Positions 53,601-64,000 of a DNA stretch of 64,000 nucleotides are shown here, one piece after another. The stretch is from Raillietiella orientalis (taxonomy: Eukaryota): assembly GCA_036172245.1 (NCBI GenBank), contig JAYWIR010000052.1, positions 682,001 through 746,000 of the forward strand, given 5' to 3'. The first letter of the stretch is position 1. Each line of letters starts with the position of its first letter. The notes under the pieces were generated by a model, which saw only the letters and a program-made list of their open reading frames with translations, made no database searches and was not told where the DNA came from. The position numbers were made by a program, and so were the translations under genes.

Positions 53601-54059
53601 TTATGTTTTCAGTATTTGTGATACAGTAATGATGGATTTTGATTCTCTCGTGGAAGTAAATTCAGGATTGGGAACTGCAGCTGTTATTGTAATGAACAAG
53701 CAAGTAGATGTTGTGCTTGCTATTGCTCGTTTGTCAAGATTTTACAAACACGAATCTTGTGGCCAGTGTACTCCTTGTCGAGAGGGTACTGGTTGGCTAG
53801 AGAAAATCATGTATCGCTTTGGTGAGTCCGATTTGCATGAAAGCGATGTTGAAAATTTTTTTCAGTTGAAGGTAATGCATCTGAAGAAGAAATAGATATG
53901 ATTTGGGAACTCAGCAAGCAGATTGAAGGCCACACAATTTGTGCATTAGGTGATGCAGCAGCATGGCCCGTCCAAGGACTGATACGCCACTTTAGACCAG
54001 AACTGCAGAAACGCATGCGAGAGTTTCATGAAAATAAGAAAATAGCATCTGTTACATGA
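47615..54059 (+). CDS. NDUFV1: NADH:ubiquinone oxidoreductase 51 kDa flavoprotein subunit, ~471 aa, 10 exons
   Basis: Exons 47615-47654 and 47750-47820 (putative presequence, lower confidence), 49729-49873, 49951-50044, 52732-52865, 52907-52971, 53027-53257, 53296-53528, 53613-53821, 53866-54059; phase-consistent (1416 nt). Motifs [64 protein letters not shown]. Confidence 0.97.
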
Positions 54060-54633
54060 TCCTTGTGATAAATATAGTTTTCACTTAAATCTTTTGGAAG
54101 CTGGCTGAATTTGATTTTCATTTTATAAGGAACCCGATAGTATTAAAGACAAGGTCGTGATGGGTCTTAGCATTGTTCACCATGTATAGGTCACAGTTAA
54201 ATTAGGTGCACTGTTGATATTGTTACATTCAAAGTATGCTATATGTATGTAGGGATGCCATCAAAGATCACTACAGTTTCCAGATGACATTGACAGTAAG
54301 AACACGAAAACTTTGTCCTGTACTTGCACATACTGTGTTCTCCATTTAATATATGGTGGCAAGAAAATTGACAAGACGATTTAGAAATGATTAGAATTTT
54401 GTTTCTTTTCTGAGAACTATCTTTTGAAGCTTAAGCATTATTTCTGTCATTCACTGAATTTTGGTTACAACCCTCTTCTCAAGACTCTATGGAAGCATGC
54501 TACCCTTCTTGCAACAAACATCTCTATTTCTCCCCCTTTCCCTCTAAGATTTTCAATTCGCTAAACTTTAAAAGAACAGTGTGACCATTTTCCATGTATA
54601 TTTTTATTATTGTTTTATTTCAGTTATTACTTT

Positions 54634-57600
54634 TCAATCAAAGTATTCTGGATTCTTCCTTAATATAACAAATCCTTCCAAAATTGGAGTAAGTGAAATG
54701 TATTCCTCGGTGGCTAATTCTGCTCGCTCCCCATATGCCAACAGTATTGGTGTGGTATGTGTCTGAAATCCTGTAATTGTTTTTGGCTTTCCAGCTTGAC
54801 CAACCACGTCAACAGCCTACAATTAAGCAATGTTCGTGATGACTTTGACACAGAATGTACTTACCTGGCCTACTCTAACAGGCACTGATAAAGGTCGCAA
54901 GTTTTCATCAAAAGTAAGCAACATTCGGGGCTGTATGGCAGGAACCAAACAATAAAGCAAATAGTGAGATTTAGACAAGATGACTGATAAGAAACAGATT
55001 AGCAATAATGCCAAACAACATCTTACTGCTTTTCACATCCAAAAAACATATAAGAACTGCTAAAAGTCCTGCTACAGCAACAGGACTCATTAACTGACGA
55101 TCACTATGGAATGGGGATAATGTTAATGTTCCTTTACCAAGATGCACCAAGCCTTGAGCAATACGAACTAAGAATAAATTGTTGGCATCCTTTGTATGGT
55201 ACTGTGCAAGGTGCCGCAGCATGGTTGCTAGGCGAGCATTATTGGTGCCCGCTCCAACTAGACCCATTGCAAAAATGGCATTATGTGCAACTTCAGTATC
55301 AGAATCATGGGAAAACTTGCTTAAAGTATCAAGTATGTTCAGTCGAGGATTTGAAACAGAAAGGAGACCCAAAGCTAATGGCACTGCCCTCCTTATTGGT
55401 GGTTCACAATATCTCAACTACATGAGGAACAACATGAAAATTTTTGATATCTTGCAGCTACACTCACCAAATGACCAAATGTTCGATAAGCCATGTCCAC
55501 ACCTATATCTTCACCCATTGCAAGTAACGCAATGCCAAGAACTGCAACAGCTTGCTGTGATGATAAATCTGAATGATCGCTTTTTTTCTCCTTCTTATCT
55601 TCCTGTATATAAAATAAAAAAAAATGCTTGCAAAGGCCCGATAAGCCTCACCTTGTCCAAAGTGTCATAATGTTCACTGCAAATATGCAAAAGCTGCTGC
55701 ACTTTCAAAACATTTCCTGTACCAGCATATGCACATATGTCTACCAATGTAATCGACATGCTTCGATAAGGCTCCGGAATAACTTCAAGAGCAACAATAG
55801 TAGCTTCAACTGCTTCCTGTTTACCTTTAAGATCATTTTGTTGTAAATGATACACAGAAAAGGTATACCTAAGAAGCACAGTCCAATACCAAGGGGAAAA
55901 AACTTGAAAATTGGATCTTTCATTTCGTTTTCCGACTTCTCCATGAGTGTCTGAAGGATGCTTGAGGTGACATCAGCATTACATGACCCCACAGCAATTA
56001 AACCACATGAAAGAGCAGCTATTGCAGCAACTTCTAGCGTTGATCGGCTATCAGAAATAACTGGCACCAGTAGGCCCAGCACATCATCACGGTTAGATCC
56101 TGCATAAGCTAAGCCCAATCCTTTAAAACACGAAATTAACTAATAAAATAACAAAATGAGAAGAGATTAAATTCACCCAAGTCAGCACCAAGACGCATTA
56201 TGTTGCTGTTATGCAAAACATAATCCGAAAGCAAAGCAAATGCAGGATCACACTCATTCCGTATACCGGAATTTACTATGCCACATGCCAGTAATGCTCC
56301 AGCCTGGAAAATGAATAAAAGTAGTCCAACTTATAAAATCCATTTTACCTTAATGTAATCTTCAGTTGAATATAAGTATTTATCGATTTGAGTTAATCCT
56401 CCATCCACATCCCATAGAAGAATTAAACCCAATGATGCTGTAGCACTCATCATACCATGTTCTTTGTTCTTGTAAAGCCACTTGTTCCCATCTTCCATGA
56501 TTAATTTATCTTGACCAAATGCAGCATTCACAAAACCACTGACAAAGCTAGAAGCTAAATTATGTCGAGCACTATCAATCTGACTATTCCCAAATGTCTG
56601 TCTTGTATTATCGAGATGAGTTTTGAATATATCTTCTGGTGTTTTCGGTTCCATTATATCTAACTAAAATATGGAGAAAAATCCACTGCATTCAGTTTGA
56701 AAAATTTCATACTTCTCTACCCAGAGAAATAAAGTAATTATTCAGATGACTGTTGGACATAATTTCAGACAAATCATCATACTGCTCCATATTCTCATCA
56801 AGATCCAAAAATATTTGTTGACGACCAAGCATGAATGCTAACTGTTTCTGCATCCCGCTACACATGGATGAAGATTAAATATGACTGACTGCAAGAACAT
56901 ACGTATCTTCGCAGGACAAAAAAATATCTCTAATTAGAGAAATGTTGTTTAGCTGCAAAGCAAGCCTCATTGCCTGAGGCCATTCTTTGAACTTCTGAAA
57001 AATTTTCAAGGCTGTTTTTAAAAGAACGGTATTTTCTGGATCAGGAACATATGGAACACAACTGGAAAAAAGGTGGTTTTACAAATGAATCTATATTCAC
57101 ACTACCAACCTTATCAAGTAAAGGCAGACACGTGGAAAGGCATCATGATCAACAAAATCCTCTAACAGATCAAGCTGTTCAATTTCCATTAATAAATCAC
57201 ATGCCTCAGTTTCTGCATTAAATTTCATATGATGAGGAATAATTTCTTGAGTCAGCGTTAATAAATTTATTCTCATTTCAAGATTTCCTTCCTCGATTTC
57301 ATTCCACTCTTGTGCAATTTCTCCTGTTAAATGCCTACACATATTCAGATAATTACAATGTGCCAAACACATATACAAAGATATTCAAATAATCACCAAT
57401 CACCAGTCAACATTACCTTACATATTCATGACCCCAATTTCCAATTGGTTCGTTAGATCCTTGTAATTTGTATTTTAAACAATCTCTATTACTAGATATG
57501 GTCATGGCAAGGACAGATATTATATCTGCACAAAACTGTTTTGTATCTTTTTCCACTATTTTCTCATGAATATTCTTCAAAGTTTCATAATGCTGTCTGA

Positions 57601-59008
57601 GAAACTGCAGATAACATCAATTAGGAAATTTTAGAATGAGGAGGACACTGAATTCATTCTACATTATCTACATTCAACTGACAAAATGGCCTTTTTCAAA
57701 TGGGAAGTACGCAAACTTACTGGCTTTAAGGATTACATGATAAAAAATGGCCAACAAAAAAAAAATTTAACAGTTGAAAAAAGCAATTCATAAGCCTTTA
57801 TGACTTCTCATCAAATGTTTTAGCGAACAAACGAAAAATTTTCACCTTCGATTCACAGTAGTTTTGAAAACAAGTTCCAAGACTCACTTTCAAAAGTACC
57901 ATTTCAGGAAAACAACTATGCTACATTTGTATTGGAGTTTTGAACCTTAAAGCTACTGATTCACAAGGATCAAAAATTAATGTCTTCACATGATCTTAAT
58001 AATAATTGGAAGAACGCTCCTTAGATACCCACAATAAGACTCCCATTAATTAAAAATTATCGCATAAACGCACAGAATTTTCAACTTTCCTAAAATAATG
58101 TGGGAAACTCAAATGTTTCTGGCCAAGTATTGCCTCATTTCCAGTGCAAGGAAAACATAATAAGTGATCAATAAAACTGGAAAACTAAAATTCAAACTAA
58201 ACTAAAAGTACATTATTAGGTTTTCTTTTTAGCATATAAACCTGCAAGATGATACGTTTTGAATCATCTCATTTCATATTTTTTTAAAAATTTTTCAACC
58301 TCTATCTAAATTTCTAGAAAGAATTCGGACACTATAAACTGGAAATTCGCATTCTTCTTATACTCTCCCATTTAAAACGGAGACTTGCAAGTGGGTAACA
58401 CAAATTAAGAAAACTTATTAAAATACAAAATCTACCTTAAGTGGTTTTGGAACATTTGTCATGGATGTTGTTGATGCACGAATATATGATCTAAGAGTTT
58501 CCAAAGAGGGCCTATACAGTTTGGGCTCATCTTCCTGCATGAAATCATGAAACAAGGATGAAATAATTACACAAAATATTTACCTTTAATCTTTGTATTA
58601 GCATGTTAAGCTCTTCCTGGAGCTGCCTGTCTTCTTCTGACTGAAATGAACCCATGAAAGCATCTGTAGAAATTTCACAATCAAATGATATTTACAAAAC
58701 AAATCACCACCTTTCTTAGTTAAAGTGAGCATGTCCAACAATACAAACCATTGCAAAAAAAAGTCCCGTATTTTTTTTTTTTTTTTTTGCAATGATTTGT
58801 AATCAGAGAAGTAATCTAGTTATAAATGAAGCATGCCACCATTTTTAACATGATTACTTTTCTTGAGAGAACATTTAGTAACCAAAGAACTGACTACTAT
58901 ATTTAATAATATGTACAAACAAAATTTCAAGAATTTTCTCACCATCTCCGCCTCTTTTTCATCATTTTTGGGCTTATTTTCTGTATTTTCCTCCTTTGGT
59001 TCCGGCAT
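54634..59008 (-). CDS. PSMD2: 26S proteasome non-ATPase regulatory subunit 2 (Rpn1), ~877 aa, 15 exons
   Basis: Exons 59008-58943, 58640-58584, 58534-58436, 57604-57417, 57334-57110, 57061-56903, 56857-56713, 56663-56349, 56303-56177, 56120-55869, 55824-55652, 55602-55468, 55417-55027, 54983-54865, 54816-54634; all GT-AG and phase-consistent (2634 nt). Motifs [67 protein letters not shown]. Confidence 0.98.
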
Positions 59009-59429
59009 AGTGCCAATACACTAAATAAAGTCTATAATCTATTTATATCAGTAAATTATATAGCACTGAAAATTACAAAGAGTGTATACACATTGCAAGT
59101 TTTTTTTTTTTTTGGAAAGTCTAATCCGTTAAACAAAAGAATGCAAAATTATAATAAACATAAAAAACTCAATCCACATTTGAGTATACAAAGACCTTTA
59201 AAAATGAACTTTGATATATTTTGCAATCTGCAAAAACATTTAAAATCATATTTAAAAGAACCAAAAATATGCTTGTTTTTCAATCTCATATGCCGACAAC
59301 AATTCATTCAAATTTCATGGTGATTTAAACCGAATTCGGCAGCTCTACTACAAGTTTCAAGGCATTTCCTTGATGGTAACTAATGATCTACTACACATGA
59401 AACCAGAAGTGAAAAGTGAAGATGCCTCA

Positions 59430-60707
59430 CTAAAACTCGAGATTTTTCAAACGCAGTTTTGCAATCATTTTTAAAAAACTTCTCAAAAGCACACTGTCAT
59501 TTTCAGTTACATTTCCTGCAATGTTTAATGTGCACTGCTCAAAATGTAGCATTACAAAGGCGTCAACCTTTGTTAAATTTTTGTCACTGAGAGTTTCGAA
59601 AGGATCGTTTTTGGTATGATATAATGTGCTTTGATTGCTACTGCCCACAGGTGATAATCTCTTTGAATACAGTGAACTATTTAGATCACTTTCTGCAACA
59701 GCCAAGGATCCATTATTTTGAGGGGGCAAGCAAAACATTCTGGATTCGAGAATAAAACTTCGTTTCGAAGCAAGAATCCTTTGCCACTGTGTGGAATGAT
59801 CTGATTTCAGCAATAACAAATAGGATGAAGCTGGGCTAATTATTAAATAGTCCACCAACGAAAGTGACTGAAGGGCGCAATGATACTTTGCAACAGAATT
59901 CAACACATCAGAATGAAACCCACGTGGAGGGTTCCATGGTATTATGTGAATATGAAAATCCGATTGATACCCTTCGCCAAACACTTTTTGCGCGAATCGT
60001 GAAAATACGAATCCAAAAATCCACACATGCTTGAAACCATGGGCTTCATAGTATGACAAAAGATCAAAGAGTGTTTGTGGGGGATCTTCATGCCTAACAC
60101 TCTCAAACACACAAACTCCAACTTCCTTGGCAGTTTTCCTCGGGTTCTCGTCCTTTACTACCATCACTGGCATTGTGGCCAATGTTCGGTTTCCACGTAG
60201 GTCGAACAAGGAGAGGGCATAGGGATTCATGATCCTCCTTGGTAGCAAGCACTCCATACACAAGTCAGTGGGCTTACACCTGCCGGTGAGCTTTCCCGCT
60301 ACCGAAACGCTGCTTTTGCTCAGCTCGAACCACACGAGGCACTTCACGTCTTGCAGGCTGTGCGGATTCAACCCCAGAATGAGGATGCTTGCAGAATCGT
60401 ATCTCCAGTGGGCAGAGAAGGTCCACACATTGTGCTTCACGTGACTCCACGCCGGGGCCGCTGCGTGGTAGCCGAGCTGTTTTGGATACCCGCGGTCGCT
60501 ACGCACGAGATGCGCACGTTTGGCAAAACCGTCGTAGAAGGATTTGCACTGCTTCTCCAGCGACTTGTACGATGGACCAAACGATTCGAGTACCTCCAAC
60601 GTTTCGTAAATCTTATCGTGTTCGACCTTGTAGTATACCATTCCACAAAACGACAAACCCGAGAAAACAAGCAACGCCAACTTCGAGTAGTTCCTCATAT
60701 CCAGCAT
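59430..60707 (-). CDS. Intronless type II membrane protein, glycosyltransferase family 92 (DUF23)-like, ~425 aa
   Basis: Long ORF in AT-rich DNA (first ATG 60707, alternative 60698). N-terminal TM LALLVFSGLSFCGMVYY. GT92-like blocks WTFSAHW, KCLVWF, VGVCV, LLSYYEAHGFKHVWIF, IIPWN, AKYHCAL, LHFEQC. Coding status is well supported; the family is inferred. Confidence 0.7.
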   Translation of the reverse strand: MLDMRNYSKLALLVFSGLSFCGMVYYKVEHDKIYETLEVLESFGPSYKSLEKQCKSFYDGFAKRAHLVRSDRGYPKQLGYHAAAPAWSHVKHNVWTFSAHWRYDSASILILGLNPHSLQDVKCLVWFELSKSSVSVAGKLTGRCKPTDLCMECLLPRRIMNPYALSLFDLRGNRTLATMPVMVVKDENPRKTAKEVGVCVFESVRHEDPPQTLFDLLSYYEAHGFKHVWIFGFVFSRFAQKVFGEGYQSDFHIHIIPWNPPRGFHSDVLNSVAKYHCALQSLSLVDYLIISPASSYLLLLKSDHSTQWQRILASKRSFILESRMFCLPPQNNGSLAVAESDLNSSLYSKRLSPVGSSNQSTLYHTKNDPFETLSDKNLTKVDAFVMLHFEQCTLNIAGNVTENDSVLLRSFLKMIAKLRLKNLEF

Positions 60708-63322
60708 CGAAATGTGGCAGAATTTCCAAATCACTCAGCTCGTAAAATGGAGATTTTTGGGGTGGGGAAAAAACAAAAAAAAAAATGAAACCCATCATAT
60801 TGAAAACACATAAAAAGGGTGAATAATTCAAAGCCTATAACACAATATTACAGTAATATTTTTAATGAGTTAGTGCAAATGCTTTTCCCTAGGTTTACTT
60901 GACACCGTTTATAATAAGTATAAATATAGGGGGGAAAAAAAAAAAAAAAGGGGGTGGTGGAGGAGGGACAGGTATTATGCAATAGTCATGAAACACATGC
61001 AATAGGAATTTCACAATTAAGGTAGACAGGATGTAATGCTTATTTGCCAAAAAAAATGTGCCTCTTTGTCTGTTCGATTCTGTAAGACCACAAAGGTGCT
61101 TCTTCGTAATTTGCTTGCCAATCACATATTTTGTTATTCTACAATGATTTTTTTTCTATTGTGTTCTCTCCAGATGCAGACTACTATCAATAAATACAGG
61201 ATTGATATTATTTCAAATCAAGTTAGTAAACAGAAGAGTAAACTTGATAACAGTAGCTACGAAATTAGCATCAGAACTAATCTCTTTAATTCAAACATTA
61301 CTGTGTAATCATCCATAGTTAAACTAATTACCTTTTTCTACTGAAGGAAACTTCATACCTAAATTGACAAAGAAAAAAAAAGCAAACATGAGAGAAAAAG
61401 ACAAGTTATGCAAGGCATTATGTAATCAGATGAGCAAAGAAAAGCGAGTTTCCTTTCTTTTGGATATTTTTTTGGAGAGGGATATCGTTATACTATTTTC
61501 ATAATTGAAATATTCATTAATTTTTATCTTTTTTTACTTTTAACTTCATTATATACATGTATGAATATTCAAAGAACTAATCTACATTCAACTTATGGAT
61601 CACCACGCATTAATGATAAAGAAAAAAAAAGCATTAAAAATGTATGTATTTACTATTTAGTATTCTACAACATACTTATTCGATGAGTGCATACAAATGA
61701 ATGCTCCCATTACTTCTGTCCATTTATGGTACGTTTCTACTACCACTCTGAGGGACCGATCGAGAATCCACATCTAGCGCTCGCAATGCAATATAATAGG
61801 ATGAAGTAATTTCTCAGATGATATATCCTCATAGCGTCTTATCCTGTTGTCAGATCATAACATGCTACAGAAACCGAATCAAACTTCAGTTATCCAAACA
61901 AAAATGCATACAAGAAATAAAGTGCACCAGGATATTAAATCAATTATCAGAAAATTGGCAGAATCAAGTTGTGATTATTATTTCGAGATCAAGTTTCACA
62001 TTTTGCATTTCACTTTTACACTGGCGCTCATTTGCTAGAAGGCTACTGATCTTAATTTCATGTTTCTAATAATCAACAGCATATCATGAATAACTGGGCA
62101 AAAGCTATTGTTCGTCAAAAGTTTGTGGACATGCTTTAAACCAATGGAAAAATTCTTTGCGTATTGAACTTTCTTTCATTCTTCTTAACTACCTGGCTCA
62201 ATTTCCATATTATTCAGGTTTTACAAAAAGCTAATTCACGGTTTTGGTACAATGATTCGTCATTGCTATTTAGATAAGATGCGAACTGTGTTCGGTACTA
62301 AAAAACAGGAAGTATTTATCATGTCGCCTTTTTGAAAATTCCAAAACCTGCTAAAATTATGAAGGATCCCATTTAAATGCGAGAGCTACTGTAAAATGTA
62401 AGCGGTTCTTGAATAAAAAAAAAAAAATCGAACATAATATACCTCCAACAACCTAATTTCGTAAGTGAATCCAAAACGGTATTCATTCGAAAATACATTT
62501 CTTTATGAAAAGTGATGTTGCTTAAACAAATACGCCAAAATTACAAATAATCTTACGCCAGTAACAAAATTAGTCGAGGGCTTTAATTTATTTAGAACTC
62601 CAGTTTCTTCTTCAAACGGTGCGAATTTAATAAACTACTTGATTGATGGTTCAATGGGACCTCCAAAGGCATCCGCCCAAATGGAGAACATCCAATTTCC
62701 ATTGCTGAACTTACTTCAGCTCAAACGGGTCGAAGAAAATGCATCCTTAATAATGCAAAAAACAGGAGATTCGAAGATTGTAATGCCAACTGTGTGAAAT
62801 TTTCGACACACGATGAATAACTTTAAAGAGCATTTAGAAAGATATGAAAAACAAAAAAAGATGATGGCAATGAGTGAATAGGATAAGAAAACTCAGAGGC
62901 TGAATGCAACCTTACGGAAACTTGATGCATAGTTACGTATTCATCTCTCTCTACTAATCCATTCATTCCAACTGAAGTTTGACATTGGCGTTTTGCTTCT
63001 CTGCAAATTTTTCGCTCCAAAGTTTTCATGATGGGAAATATTCGTAGCCGAAGTAAGCACAGCCCTTCCTTTACCTTGTGCTCCGCCCCATCTTGGTCGT
63101 GATCCTTTTCCCCCTCTTTTCCATGGAATCCGGTGGAAATTCGCTGGAATTCCGTTGCAAGGTTTCCCTTTCGCTTGTAATAAATGAAAACGATAAATGC
63201 CAAGCAAATTATAATTTGCCTACTTCCACATCAGCTACATATCTCAGGAAAGATTTAACGAAAGGGGGAAGGTTTTTTTTAATCTCTCTAAGAGCGGAGT
63301 GGAAACTCCACGGATACCTTAC

Positions 63323-63419
63323 TTCCATCAGTTGTGGTTCATTAGCCACACAGAAGTCACAATCTGCCGCAATCGACTCGTAAGGTACCAGGCAGGAGAG
63401 TTGTTTCGAGTCAGGGAAG
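63323..63419 (-). other. Candidate exon of an unidentified gene (coding or 5' UTR)
   Basis: Strong acceptor ttctttcag and donor gaa|gtaagg; one open frame FPDSKQLSCLVPYESIAADCDFCVANEPQLME; no family recognised. Confidence 0.3.
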
Positions 63420-63918
63420 CTGAAAGAATAGTCTTGCAAATAAAAACGGAGCGGACCACCATCGGAAGATGCAGCAGCTCGGAGCAGGGACAGATGACTA
63501 CCGGATGTGAGGCAATCTCGAGATTTCCCTAATAGCCTGCATGGCAAACAAGTGCTTGTTCATTCGACAAATGCTAAGCCAAAAGGGCATCGTGAAACTG
63601 CTGAATTATACTCTACGATTCGTACGAATCTCTATTATTCGAAGTTGATTTATCCCAATACTCCAACTTCCTGATGCTTGCACCGCTCCTCTAAAGCACC
63701 TGTTGCATCTTTTTGCCTCCTCATTTCCGAGTAAATACATTCAATTACAGCTCTCACTCGTCCGCGCCTTCATTTTAAGATTCACGGCACAGCCGAAAAA
63801 CGGTACGGAGGTGCAAAGTTGCTTAACTCGAATACATCCTCACTTGGAATCGGACTTATCAAACGATGCCAAAAACGTTCGTTCACAAATGTCCGCGGTC
63901 ACCTTAAGAGCGTTTGCG

Positions 63919-63932
63919 GCTACCATGGCAAC
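63919..63932. promoter_or_regulatory. Candidate RFX X-box in a CpG-rich, promoter-like segment
   Basis: GCTACCATGGCAAC, identical to the 14-mer at 26299; fits GYTRYY-N2-RRHRAC. Confidence 0.4.
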
Positions 63933-64000
63933 CCCACGAGAGAGGGAAGTCCCACGGATCTTGCATCCGGACGCACCGATTCCACTTCGAAATTTTCCCT

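Overview
Animal genomic DNA, most likely from an arthropod-like invertebrate, with three compositional zones. (1) 1-~9.9 kb is very GC/CpG-rich and holds the 5' exons of a minus-strand Dpr-interacting-protein (DIP)/Lachesin-like Ig gene that runs off the left edge. (2) ~10-34.8 kb has intermediate GC, no gene I can recognise, and many transposon remnants: a MITE, BEL/Pao gag pieces, a Gypsy integrase scrap and at least six 3' fragments of L1/Tx1-like LINEs. (3) ~34.9-62 kb is AT-rich and carries a compact gene cluster with many 38-56 nt introns: POGLUT1/rumi (-), an intronless HEXIM-like gene (-), NDUFV1 (+), PSMD2/Rpn1 (-) and an intronless GT92-like gene (-). The most novel-looking signal is three divergent, target-site-duplication (TSD)-bounded L1/Tx1-like insertions within 4 kb that have no poly(A) tail and all end in AATAAA-GCCCC-hairpin-TGG(G)AA. 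Also notable are a HEXIM with PYNT replaced by PENF, a GT92 lacking its DxD motif, and a dispersed copy of the PSMD2 5' exon with one-directional substitution bias. All family calls come from motif recognition by eye; no database search was run.
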